Source: Pseudomonadota bacterium (GTDB lineage: Bacteria; Pseudomonadota; Alphaproteobacteria; Rhodobacterales; Rhodobacteraceae). Taken from it: a stretch of 45,256 bases of DNA. The notes below the pieces were generated by a model, which saw nothing but the letters and a program-made list of their open reading frames with translations, ran no database searches and was not told the DNA's origin. The DNA is taken from positions 1 through 45,256 of the forward strand of contig JBCDCS010000001.1 in NCBI GenBank assembly GCA_039181205.1, written 5' to 3'. Every line of letters starts with the position of its first letter. Positions within the stretch are counted from its first letter, which is position 1. Below are positions 11,232 through 19,603 of this stretch, piece by piece. Position numbers and translations under genes: made by a program.

Positions 11232-11684
11232 ATGACGCGCCCCTTTCCCATGACTGCCGATGTCGCTGGACGCTGCCTCTGCTTTCGCACGCAGCGCGCG
11301 GCGCGGGTGCTGGCGCGGCGGTTCGATACGGTGTTCCGGCCCTTCAATCTGACGAACGGGCAGTTCTCGCTTCTGATGTCGCTATACCGGCCAGAGGCGC
11401 CGACAATGTCCGACGTGGCGCCGTTTCTAGGTATGGACCGGTCGACCCTGACGGCGGCGCTGAAGCCCCTGGAACGCCGGGATCTTCTTGAGGTCACGGT
11501 GGACAAAGAGGACCGGCGGGGACGGCGCCTGCATCTGACGGCGGCTGGACTGGCGTTGCTGGAGCGAGCTTATCCGGTCTGGAAGGCGGAGCATGATCGT
11601 CTGGATGCGGCGTTGGTGGCGCTGGATGCGGCGATCGACCCGGATGGGCTGCGGATCGGGGTGGAGGCGTTGGGGCGGACCTGA
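11232..11684 (+). CDS. MarR-family transcriptional regulator
   Basis: CLCFRTQRAAR, LTNGQFSLL, MDRSTLT, EDRRGRRLHLT wHTH pattern. Confidence 0.92.
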   Translation: MTRPFPMTADVAGRCLCFRTQRAARVLARRFDTVFRPFNLTNGQFSLLMSLYRPEAPTMSDVAPFLGMDRSTLTAALKPLERRDLLEVTVDKEDRRGRRLHLTAAGLALLERAYPVWKAEHDRLDAALVALDAAIDPDGLRIGVEALGRT

Positions 11685-11694
11685 GTCTGGGGAT

Positions 11695-11874
11695 AAGCCG
11701 GTCTGTCGGCGGGTCGCGGTGCCGCGATCCAGCGTGTCTTCATGGCACTTTATATCGGCCACATCCGACGAAGCTCAAAGCGATGCGCCAATATCAACCA
11801 GATCGCCGGACGGGGAGGCAGCCCGGCGATGGGCCGGCGCCCTGCGGGCTTGATTCCGGTCCAGGGTGGAGCGG
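11695..11874 (+). repeat. Dispersed intergenic repeat, copy C (no insert)
   Basis: 3' block GATGGGCCGGCGCCCTGCGGGCTTGATTCCGGTCC differs at one position from copy A. 5' blocks match A and B. Confidence 0.8.
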
Positions 11875-11945
11875 CAATGGCTGCTGGGGTCAAGTCTGCG
11901 GCTGGGAGTAAAGAGAACAAGCAGCGCATCTTCCCACCCACGAGC

Positions 11946-11976
11946 AAAAGGGGCGGTCCCATCGGATCGCCCCTTT
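11946..11976 (-). terminator. Terminator downstream of rpoH (possibly bidirectional)
   Basis: AAAGGGGCGGTCC-CATC-GGATCGCCCCTTT hairpin with A/T runs on both sides. Confidence 0.75.
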
Positions 11977-12031
11977 ACTTCCAATTGTTCTGCCGTGCCA
12001 GGACAGTGCATCCGCGCACCCGGGACAACAA

Positions 12032-12928
12032 TCAGACTGGAACCATGCCCTTCTGGCGCGCCAGTTCGCGGACACGCTTGGACAGCTTCTCGAACGCCCG
12101 GACCTCGATCTGGCGGATCCGCTCGCGTGAAACCTTGTACTTCGCGGACAGGTCCTCCAGCGTCACCGTTTCCTCGCTCAACTTGCGCTGGGTCAGAATG
12201 TCCCGCTCGCGATCGTTGAGCACGTCCATCGCCTCCGTCATGAGGCCGATCCGGCTCTCGTACTCGTCCTTCTCGGCGTAATCTCCGGCCTGGTCGGCGC
12301 TGTCATCGGCCAACCAATCCTGCCATTGCGTGGACCCGTCAGCGTCGGACCCGACCATGACGTTGAGCGACGCATCGCCGCCGGACATCCGGCGGTTCAT
12401 GGAGGTCACCTCTTCCTCAGTCACGCCCAGATCATTGGCGATCCGTTGAACGTTTTCAGGGCGCAGGTCGCCTTCCTCCAGCGCCCCGATGCGGTTCTTC
12501 GCCTTGCGCAGATTGAAGAACAGTTTCTTTTGCGCGCTGGTCGTCCCGAGCTTCACCATCGACCAGGACCGCAGGACATATTCCTGGATCGCGGCCCGTA
12601 TCCACCACATGGCATAGGTGGCCAGGCGGAAGCCCTTTTCAGGGTCAAACTTCTTGACCGCCTGCATCAGGCCCACATTGGCCTCGGAAATCACTTCGGC
12701 CTGGGGCAGGCCATAGCCGCGATAGCCCATGGCGATCTTGGCGGCGAGGCGCAAATGGGACGTGACGAGCTGATGCGCGGCGTCGGTATCCTCGTCCTCG
12801 ACCCAGCGCTTAGCCAGCATGTATTCCTGTTCTGGCTCCAGCATCGGAAACTTCCGGATTTCCTGGAGATAACGGTTCAGACCGGCTTCCGGGTTGGGGG
12901 CCGGCAAATTGGCATATGTCGAAGCCAT
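12032..12928 (-). CDS. rpoH: RNA polymerase sigma-32 factor (RpoH1 type)
   Basis: RpoH box QKKLFFNLR, FDPEKGFRLATYAMWWIRA, SRERIRQIE. Confidence 0.96.
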   Translation of the reverse strand: MASTYANLPAPNPEAGLNRYLQEIRKFPMLEPEQEYMLAKRWVEDEDTDAAHQLVTSHLRLAAKIAMGYRGYGLPQAEVISEANVGLMQAVKKFDPEKGFRLATYAMWWIRAAIQEYVLRSWSMVKLGTTSAQKKLFFNLRKAKNRIGALEEGDLRPENVQRIANDLGVTEEEVTSMNRRMSGGDASLNVMVGSDADGSTQWQDWLADDSADQAGDYAEKDEYESRIGLMTEAMDVLNDRERDILTQRKLSEETVTLEDLSAKYKVSRERIRQIEVRAFEKLSKRVRELARQKGMVPV

Positions 12929-12955
12929 TGTCTGTGTCTCCCAAATGTTAAGCGG

Positions 12956-12971
12956 GTTAACACCCCGTTAA
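12956..12971 (-). promoter_or_regulatory. CtrA consensus site upstream of rpoH
   Basis: Minus strand TTAACGGGGTGTTAAC = TTAA-N7-TTAAC. Confidence 0.55.
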
Positions 12972-12976
12972 AGGAG

Positions 12977-13004
12977 AGGTGGGTGTATTTGATCAGGGTT
13001 CAAG
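12977..13004 (-). promoter_or_regulatory. Putative RpoH-dependent promoter of rpoH
   Basis: Minus strand CTTGAA-N16-CCACCT resembles alphaproteobacterial sigma-32 promoters. Confidence 0.5.
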
Positions 13005-13129
13005 GCGCGTTGGAGTGTCGATGCACCCGGAGAAGTTGAGAAAGGCTTAAAATAGCGCATCCATGATGTATATGCATCATCTTAGCCTCAAGATTGTTCA
13101 ATTTTGCACAAATCGACCATTTTGCTCGG

Positions 13130-14143
13130 TCAAGCACGATCCGTATGGCCCCGTAAAGCGGCCAGAAGATCGGCCATATCTTGGGGCAGCGGCGCTTCAA
13201 ATCGCATTTCCTGCCCAGTCACGGGATGCACGAACCCCAGTGTCTCGGCATGCAGCGCCTGGCGCAAAAAGGCTGATGCGGCCGCGGTTCCAGGATGGCC
13301 CTTGGGTAGCTTGCGATGGCCGCCATAGACGGGATCGCCCACCAAGGCATGTCCCACATAGACCAGGTGCACGCGGATTTGATGGGTGCGACCGGTTTCC
13401 AAGCGGCAGTCTATCAAGGCGGCCGCGCCCAGATTTTCGATCCGCCGGACCCGGGTGACGGCGTGGCGCCCACCTTCCCACGTCACCGCCTGGCGCTGCC
13501 GGTCGGTTCGGTGGCGGGCAAGACCGGTGGTGATCTTGAGCACATCCCCCGCCTCCCAGGATACGCCCCGGGTCCCGCGCAGGCGCGGATCGCCCGCATC
13601 GGGCACGCCGTGGCAGATGGCCAGATAGCGCCGCTCGGCGCTGTGTTCGGCGAATTGCGCGGATAGCCCATGGTGGGCAGCGTCGGATTTAGCGACGACC
13701 AGCAAGCCGCTCGTGTCCTTATCAATACGATGCACGATGCCGGGCCGTTTTTCGCCACCCACGCCCGAAAGCTGGCCGCCAAAATGATGGAGAAGCGCGT
13801 TGACTAACGTGCCACTGGGCGCTCCAGGGGCCGGATGGACCACCATGCCAGCCGGCTTGTCGATGACAATGAGGTCATCGTCTTCATGGACGACGGTGAG
13901 CGGGATATCCTCGGCCCGCATCTCAGGGTCGTCGGCAACGGGAACACGGACCTCGACGGCATCGCCCTCGACCACCACCCCGGCGGCCGGCACCCCATTG
14001 ACCAGGACACGACCCTCCGCCAGCAATTTCGTCAGACGGGAGCGGCTGAGATGGGCGTCGGCTGGCACATCCCGGGCGATCGCCTTATCCAGGCGCGATG
14101 GCGGATCGGCTTGCACCCGGAAGGAAATGACAGTGTCGGACAC
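13130..14143 (-). CDS. rluD: RluA-family 23S rRNA pseudouridine synthase
   Basis: S4-like N-terminus (RLDKAI), DKPAGMVVHP, catalytic HRIDKDTSG, LETGRTHQIRVH. Likely GTG start at 14143. Confidence 0.92.
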   Translation of the reverse strand: MSDTVISFRVQADPPSRLDKAIARDVPADAHLSRSRLTKLLAEGRVLVNGVPAAGVVVEGDAVEVRVPVADDPEMRAEDIPLTVVHEDDDLIVIDKPAGMVVHPAPGAPSGTLVNALLHHFGGQLSGVGGEKRPGIVHRIDKDTSGLLVVAKSDAAHHGLSAQFAEHSAERRYLAICHGVPDAGDPRLRGTRGVSWEAGDVLKITTGLARHRTDRQRQAVTWEGGRHAVTRVRRIENLGAAALIDCRLETGRTHQIRVHLVYVGHALVGDPVYGGHRKLPKGHPGTAAASAFLRQALHAETLGFVHPVTGQEMRFEAPLPQDMADLLAALRGHTDRA

Positions 14144-14423
14144 GGAAGACCCCGGCTTGCCGCCCGACCTGCGCTTTCTGAAAGCCCTGGTCACGGTGCT
14201 GACGGCGGTGATGATCGTGGGCGTGATAACCATCGTCGCCCTGCTTGTCATCCGCCTGCCCTCGGGCGAGCCGCCCCTGCCGCCGGACTTCGCCCTGCCC
14301 GCCGGGACCGAGGTCCACGCCGTAACCCAGACGCCCAGCCGCTGGCTGGTCACGACGGCGGATGAGCGCGTGTTGGTTTTCAGCCCCGATGGCAGCCTGC
14401 TGCAGACGATCCCGCTGAACTGA
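14127..14423 (+). CDS. Small membrane-anchored protein (DUF6476-like)
   Basis: LRFLKALVTVLTAVMIVGVITIVALLVIRL TM helix, then beta-rich domain. GGAAGG upstream of ATG 14127 / GTG 14133. Confidence 0.75.
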   Translation: MTVSDTEDPGLPPDLRFLKALVTVLTAVMIVGVITIVALLVIRLPSGEPPLPPDFALPAGTEVHAVTQTPSRWLVTTADERVLVFSPDGSLLQTIPLN

Positions 14424-14444
14424 TCGTCTTCTCCGCAAAGATAC

Positions 14445-15053
14445 CTAAGGCGCGCCGCCCAGCAGCGGCGCCACGCTGGGCCAGAGCGACGCCAAGAGCA
14501 GTCCCGCCATCGTCCAGTTGAAGGCGCGGAGCCGTGTGCCGGAGGTCAGCCAGCGCCGCAACTGGACCCCCATCAGCAGCCACATGGTGATGGATGGCAG
14601 GTTCACCAGGGTGAACCAGGCTGCAACGGAGATCACGGCCCAGGGACCGCCCGCCGTGTAGAGCGTGACCGCCGTCAGCGCCATGGTCCAGGCCTTGGGA
14701 TTGACCCATTGGAACGCCGCCGCTTGCAGGAAAGTCAGCGGGCGGCCTTCCGCGGCTTGGGCTTCGGGCGGCGCGGCATGGGCGATCTTCCAGGCGAGCC
14801 AAAGCAGATAGAGAACAGAGAGACCGGCCAAGACGGTCTTTAGGACAGGGAAGGCCGCGAAGATCTGCGCCAGGCCGAGCCCGACCAGGACGATCATGGC
14901 GCCGAAACCCAAGGCAATACCCAAGAGATGGGGGACCGACCGCGCCACGCCGAAGTTGGCGCCCGAGGCCATGATCATCAGGTTGTTCGGCCCCGGCGTG
15001 ATCGAAGAGACGAAGGCGAAAACGGTCAGGCCGAGGAAGAGTTCGTAAGTCAT
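14445..15053 (-). CDS. LysE-family amino acid exporter
   Basis: SITPGPNN, FQWVNPKAW motifs. Hydrophobic. Confidence 0.92.
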   Translation of the reverse strand: MTYELFLGLTVFAFVSSITPGPNNLMIMASGANFGVARSVPHLLGIALGFGAMIVLVGLGLAQIFAAFPVLKTVLAGLSVLYLLWLAWKIAHAAPPEAQAAEGRPLTFLQAAAFQWVNPKAWTMALTAVTLYTAGGPWAVISVAAWFTLVNLPSITMWLLMGVQLRRWLTSGTRLRAFNWTMAGLLLASLWPSVAPLLGGAP

Positions 15054-15135
15054 GGGTGTCAGTCTGCCGCGTCTCGCCCGCTATGTTCTTGCAAAGATCG
15101 CGCTGGGGACCCATTTTCTGCAAGGGAGCGTGAAA

Positions 15136-15579
15136 ATGGATGCGATCGACGACAGGATCTTGCGAGCGCTTGCCAAGGATGGGCGTCTGACCAACCAAGC
15201 CCTGGCAGAGCGAGTCGGGCTATCCCCATCGGCGACCCTGCGCCGGGTCCAGGCGTTGGAAGCGTCAGGGATCATCAAGGGCTACCGCGCGGTGATCGAC
15301 CCCGAAAAGACCGGCATCGGCTTCACCGCCTATATCGCGGTGGGTCTGAACGACCATACCAAGCACGGGCAGGAAGCCTTTGAACGGGCCGTGGCCACGG
15401 CGCCGGAGGTTCGCGAATGCCACAACATCACCGGCACGGTGGAATACCTGCTGCGGGTCGAGGCCCGCGACCTGGCCGCCTATAAGCACTTCCATACCGA
15501 TGTGCTGGGCATCCTCCCCCAGGTCGCCTCGCTAACGACCTACGTGGTCATGGGATCGCCGAAGGACGAACGCGCTTAG
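15136..15579 (+). CDS. Lrp/AsnC-family regulator
   Basis: MDAIDDRILRAL..DGR..LAERVGLSPS..RRV..LE..GII.GY. Divergent from lysE. Confidence 0.93.
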   Translation: MDAIDDRILRALAKDGRLTNQALAERVGLSPSATLRRVQALEASGIIKGYRAVIDPEKTGIGFTAYIAVGLNDHTKHGQEAFERAVATAPEVRECHNITGTVEYLLRVEARDLAAYKHFHTDVLGILPQVASLTTYVVMGSPKDERA

Positions 15580-16091
15580 GGAGCCGCCCGAAGCGGCCGG
15601 TAGATATGGAAGCCGTCGAAATCCGCCTTGCCGATGGCCATTCCACCATTCCGCAGCCCGGCATAGGCCATGGACAAGTGGAACATCATGTTGGGCAGCG
15701 CAAAGCAGGTAACGTAACCCGCCACGTCCTGTTCCAGATCGGCCTCGCCCGCCTTGTGCGTAACCTTGGCCGCCAGATCGCCCAGGCCCAGCGGGTCGAT
15801 CATCTCCATGATCTCCTCACAGAAGGCGAGCAGGACCGGCAAAGACAGATCATCGGGGACATCGGGCACAGCGTGGCCGGCGGGCATGGCCAGCGCCCGG
15901 CCGGCGAAGCGGATGGCCAGGGCGAACTGGAAAGCAGTGTCGAACATATCGGGTGCCAGCCGCACGGCCATCAATCGGTCGGCCTCCGGTTCCCTGGCGA
16001 CCCGGTCAAGCAGGCGCCGCGTCCGGCCAAGATAGTATTTCACCGTGTCCGGGATCGAGGCTGCGAAGGATTGCGGCGTGGCGCGCTCCAT
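15576..16091 (-). CDS. DUF1993 family protein
   Basis: RLAPDMF, FALPNMMFHLSMAYAGLR..G..IGKADF motifs. Confidence 0.8.
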   Translation of the reverse strand: MERATPQSFAASIPDTVKYYLGRTRRLLDRVAREPEADRLMAVRLAPDMFDTAFQFALAIRFAGRALAMPAGHAVPDVPDDLSLPVLLAFCEEIMEMIDPLGLGDLAAKVTHKAGEADLEQDVAGYVTCFALPNMMFHLSMAYAGLRNGGMAIGKADFDGFHIYRPLRAAP

Positions 16092-16153
16092 GGATGTTCT
16101 CCTGTCGGTCGGGACGGGATGCCCCGCCTGGCCCTATCGGCTAGAGGTTGGGC

Positions 16154-16573
16154 ATGACACCCCCCTTTCGCCCCTTGGGCCTAGATCATGCCGTCCTCTG
16201 GATCCGCGATCTGCCACGTGCGGTGCGCTGGTACACGGACGTTCTGGGCTGCGAACCGGCCTTCTCCTACCCGGATATCGCCATGGAACATCTCTGGTTC
16301 GGCCAGATCCTCCTGGGTCTTTGGGATGCCGATGACCCTCGGGCGGCCTATGCCCGGCCAAGTATGGATGGCGGGACCAATGTGGATCATCTGGGTTTGG
16401 CTACTGGACCCTTCGACCCAGAGGCACTGCGCCAACATCTGGCCGCGCATGGCGTTTCGATTGAGAAAGAGTTGGTTCAGGGAGGGGCAAGGGGTGTCGG
16501 ACATTCGATCTATATCCGCGATCCATGGGGAAACCGTCTGGAACTGAAGGGGCCCGGACGGCACAGCACCTAA
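16154..16573 (+). CDS. VOC/glyoxalase family protein
   Basis: LDHAVL..WYTDVLG, GARG...SIYIRDPWGNRLEL. Confidence 0.88.
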   Translation: MTPPFRPLGLDHAVLWIRDLPRAVRWYTDVLGCEPAFSYPDIAMEHLWFGQILLGLWDADDPRAAYARPSMDGGTNVDHLGLATGPFDPEALRQHLAAHGVSIEKELVQGGARGVGHSIYIRDPWGNRLELKGPGRHST

Positions 16574-17151
16574 GGGCCCCCGGTCTGACCCAGTGCCGCC
16601 GCCCGGTCATGCCAAGCGCAGGTTACCACATGGTCGTTCACCAGACCCGCCGCCTGCATGAAGGCATAGCAGGTGGTCGGGCCGCAGAAACGAAATCCTT
16701 CTGCTTTCAATCGCTTGGACATGGCCTTCGACACCGGCGTCTCGGCCGGGACATCCGACAGGTCACGGCGCTTTTCTTGGACTGGCGTCCCATCCACGAA
16801 GCCCCAGATCAGATCGGCGAACCCGTCTTTGCCTTCGATCTCCAGGAAGACACGTGCGTTGGAGATGGTGGCTTCGATCTTACCCCGGTGCCGAACGATC
16901 CCAGGATCGGCCAATAATCGGGCCACATCCGCCTCCCCCCATCCGGCGATCACCTCAGGGTCGAATCCGGCGAAGGCGGACCGGAAGCCCTCGCGTTTGC
17001 GAAGGATGGTGATCCAGCTCAACCCAGCCTGAAAGCCTTCCAGGGTGAGTTGTTCCCACAGGGCGCGTCCATCCCGCTCCGGCACGCCCCATTCATCGTC
17101 ATGATAGGCTTGATAGAGCGGATCGTCGCCGACCCATCCGCAGCGTTCCAT
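16570..17151 (-). CDS. tag: DNA-3-methyladenine glycosylase I
   Basis: RCGW, YHDDEWG, LEGFQAGLSWITIL, GPTTCYAFMQAAGLVNDH. GGAGG RBS. Confidence 0.95.
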   Translation of the reverse strand: MERCGWVGDDPLYQAYHDDEWGVPERDGRALWEQLTLEGFQAGLSWITILRKREGFRSAFAGFDPEVIAGWGEADVARLLADPGIVRHRGKIEATISNARVFLEIEGKDGFADLIWGFVDGTPVQEKRRDLSDVPAETPVSKAMSKRLKAEGFRFCGPTTCYAFMQAAGLVNDHVVTCAWHDRAAALGQTGGP

Positions 17152-17343
17152 GGCATGTCCTCCTCGGTATGGGATCGCTCTCAATTGGCCATGCGGGATG
17201 GCATGCCATGGTGACCGAACACACGCCATCCCAACCTCTAGTGCAGACCAAACGAGGTTTCCGGGTCACCGGATCCGCGGCCGGAAATGGATGCACCGTA
17301 GCCTTCTAACCATCAAACGGATCGGCATGGCAGGCCATCGACG

Positions 17344-17493
17344 GGTCGTCCTTTCACAGGCTCCGCCGACGGTCCATGGACTGTTTGCCCTTGCGGCAGA
17401 CGCGCGGTAGCACGGGTCTCAGAACGGTGTGCGCGGGGCCTGTTCTGCCGGGGTCTTCGCCCCGCCTCCGTGCGCGCCAGTGAAAGGACGACC
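17344..17493 (+). promoter_or_regulatory. Structured 5' leader of phaA with long-range anti-RBS pairing
   Basis: GGTCGTCCTTTCAC (17344-17357) is the exact reverse complement of GTGAAAGGACGACC (17480-17493), which contains the RBS. Several internal hairpins. Confidence 0.55.
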
Positions 17494-17496
17494 AGA

Positions 17497-18672
17497 ATGA
17501 CCAACGTCGTGATTGCCTCCGCCGCCCGAACCCCCGTCGGCTCTTTCCTCGGCAGCTTTGCCAATACGCCCGCCCATGATCTGGGTACCGCTGTGATCGA
17601 GGAAGTGGTCGCCCGCGCCGGGGTCGAGAAATCCGACGTGTCTGAGACAATTCTGGGCCAGGTCCTGACAGCCGCCCAAGGCCAGAACCCGGCCCGTCAG
17701 GCCCATATCAACGCCGGCCTGCCGCAAGAATCCGCCGCCTGGGGCATTAACCAAGTCTGCGGCTCGGGCCTGCGCGCCGTCGCCTTGGGCGCCCAACACA
17801 TCCAACTGGGCGATGCCGACATCGTCGTGGCCGGCGGTCAGGAAAGCATGTCTCTCGCGCCCCATGCCCAAGCGCTCCGTGCCGGGCAGAAGATGGGCGA
17901 CATGAAATTCACCGACACCATGATCAAGGACGGCCTCTGGGACGCTTTCAACAACTACCACATGGGCCAGACCGCCGAGAACGTTGCCGAGAAATGGCAG
18001 ATCAGCCGCGAAGCCCAGGACGAATTCGCCGTCGCCTCCCAGAACAAGGCCGAGGCCGCCCAGAAGGCCGGCAAGTTCAAGGACGAGATCGTCGCCTTCA
18101 CGGTAAAGGGCCGCAAAGGCGACACCGTGGTCGAGGATGACGAGTACATCCGCCACGGCGCGACCATCGAAAAAATGGCCGGCTTGCGCCCGGCCTTTAC
18201 CAAAGAAGGGACGGTCACGGCCGCCAATGCGTCGGGCTTGAATGACGGCGCAGCCGCCACGCTGCTGATGTCCGCCGAAGAGGCCGAAAAGCGCGGCATC
18301 GAGCCGCTCGCGCGCATCGCGAGCTACGCCACCGCTGGTCTCGATCCGTCGATCATGGGCGTCGGCCCGATCTACGCCTCCCGCAAGGCGCTCGACAAAG
18401 CCGGTTGGAAAGTGAGCGACCTGGACCTGGTGGAAGCCAACGAAGCCTTCGCGGCCCAGGCCTGCGCCGTGAACAAAGACATGGGCTGGGATCCGGAGAT
18501 CGTGAACGTCAATGGCGGCGCCATCGCCATCGGCCACCCGATCGGCGCGTCGGGTGCCCGGGTCCTCAACACCCTGCTCTTCGAGATGAAGCGACGTGAT
18601 GCCAAGAAGGGCCTTGCCACGCTCTGCATCGGCGGCGGCATGGGCGTCGCGCTCTGCGTCGAACGCCCCTGA
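17497..18672 (+). CDS. phaA: Acetyl-CoA acetyltransferase (beta-ketothiolase)
   Basis: [29 protein letters not shown] thiolase motifs. Upstream of phaB. Confidence 0.95.
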   Translation: MTNVVIASAARTPVGSFLGSFANTPAHDLGTAVIEEVVARAGVEKSDVSETILGQVLTAAQGQNPARQAHINAGLPQESAAWGINQVCGSGLRAVALGAQHIQLGDADIVVAGGQESMSLAPHAQALRAGQKMGDMKFTDTMIKDGLWDAFNNYHMGQTAENVAEKWQISREAQDEFAVASQNKAEAAQKAGKFKDEIVAFTVKGRKGDTVVEDDEYIRHGATIEKMAGLRPAFTKEGTVTAANASGLNDGAAATLLMSAEEAEKRGIEPLARIASYATAGLDPSIMGVGPIYASRKALDKAGWKVSDLDLVEANEAFAAQACAVNKDMGWDPEIVNVNGGAIAIGHPIGASGARVLNTLLFEMKRRDAKKGLATLCIGGGMGVALCVERP

Positions 18673-18709
18673 TCGGATTGCGGGACCGGGCCTGCCCCGG
18701 TCCCCCTCC

Positions 18710-19603
18710 ATGCCGGACCCCGACCCAAGACATGCGGCCCAGCCGGACCGCGGAGCGGCCTACGAACAGCTCGTCTTCTCCGGCGGCGGCCTGCGATGCT
18801 TCTGGCATGGCGGCTGGATGGAGGTGGTCGAGAGCCGCTTTGCCCTCACCCCACAGCGCATCACCGGATCGTCGGGCGGCGCGCTGTCGGCCGCCGCTTG
18901 GATCGCCGGCACGGAAACGCGGCTTTTCGACCGTTTCAACCGCGCGCTTCGGCGCAACGACCGCAATTTCACCCTGGACGATCTGGGCCCCGCCCACGGC
19001 CGTTCGCCCCACCAGCGGGTCTACGACGCCATCGTTGAAGACGTGATCGACGCCGCCGCCCAGGCCCGCATCGCCGAGGGCCCCGTTTTCCAGATCAACG
19101 TCTCCACCACCGGCGACAGCGCGGCCGCCACGCTTCGCGCACTGGCGGCAGGCACCATCTATCAGGTGGAACAACTCGTCGCCCCCACACCCCGACCACG
19201 CGCTTCTGCCGCAGCTGGCGTCGAGCAGCGATTGATCGACGCGACCCGGGCCGCGCGCGACGGCACCCTGCCTGACCTGATCCGGATGGCTGCCACCGTG
19301 CCCCCTGCTTTCAGACCCGACACCTGGAACGACGAGCCGATCTATGACGGCGGCATGGTTGATAAGGCCCCCCTGCCCGAGCCGGACCGGGGCCGCACCC
19401 TAGTGCTCCTGACCAAACGCTTCCACAGCCTACCTGACGACGAAGCGGATCGCATCGACTACGTCCAGCCGTCCAAAACGCCGCTTTCGGGTTCGAAACT
19501 CGACTTTACGGACCCCGACCTCCTGCGCGAGGCTTGGGACCAAGGCCATCGCGACGGCGCGGCCTGGCTCAAAGACAACCAACCGGGAGGAGACCCAACA
19601 TGA
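18710..19603 (+). CDS. Patatin-like phospholipase/esterase
   Basis: FSGGGLR oxyanion loop, GSSGG nucleophile elbow, DGG motif. Stop overlaps the phaB start (ATGA). Confidence 0.85.
   Translation: MPDPDPRHAAQPDRGAAYEQLVFSGGGLRCFWHGGWMEVVESRFALTPQRITGSSGGALSAAAWIAGTETRLFDRFNRALRRNDRNFTLDDLGPAHGRSPHQRVYDAIVEDVIDAAAQARIAEGPVFQINVSTTGDSAAATLRALAAGTIYQVEQLVAPTPRPRASAAAGVEQRLIDATRAARDGTLPDLIRMAATVPPAFRPDTWNDEPIYDGGMVDKAPLPEPDRGRTLVLLTKRFHSLPDDEADRIDYVQPSKTPLSGSKLDFTDPDLLREAWDQGHRDGAAWLKDNQPGGDPT

Noticed and set aside
11695-11762. Similar short peptides on the minus strand of the repeats (MADIKC..LDR..RRQTGL / MAGIKR..LDR..RRRTGL)
   Set aside because: Explained by nucleotide similarity. The frame is shifted in copy B, interrupted by the insert in copy A, and there is no common stop.
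3248-11874. Repeats as a CRISPR array
   Set aside because: Copies are kilobases apart, long and degenerate, with no repeat-spacer periodicity and no cas genes.
17419-18711. Long antisense ORFs (e.g. 17419-18711, 26528-27754, 30477-32297, 4913-5893)
   Set aside because: Typical shadow ORFs of high-GC coding strands, with no recognisable domains.
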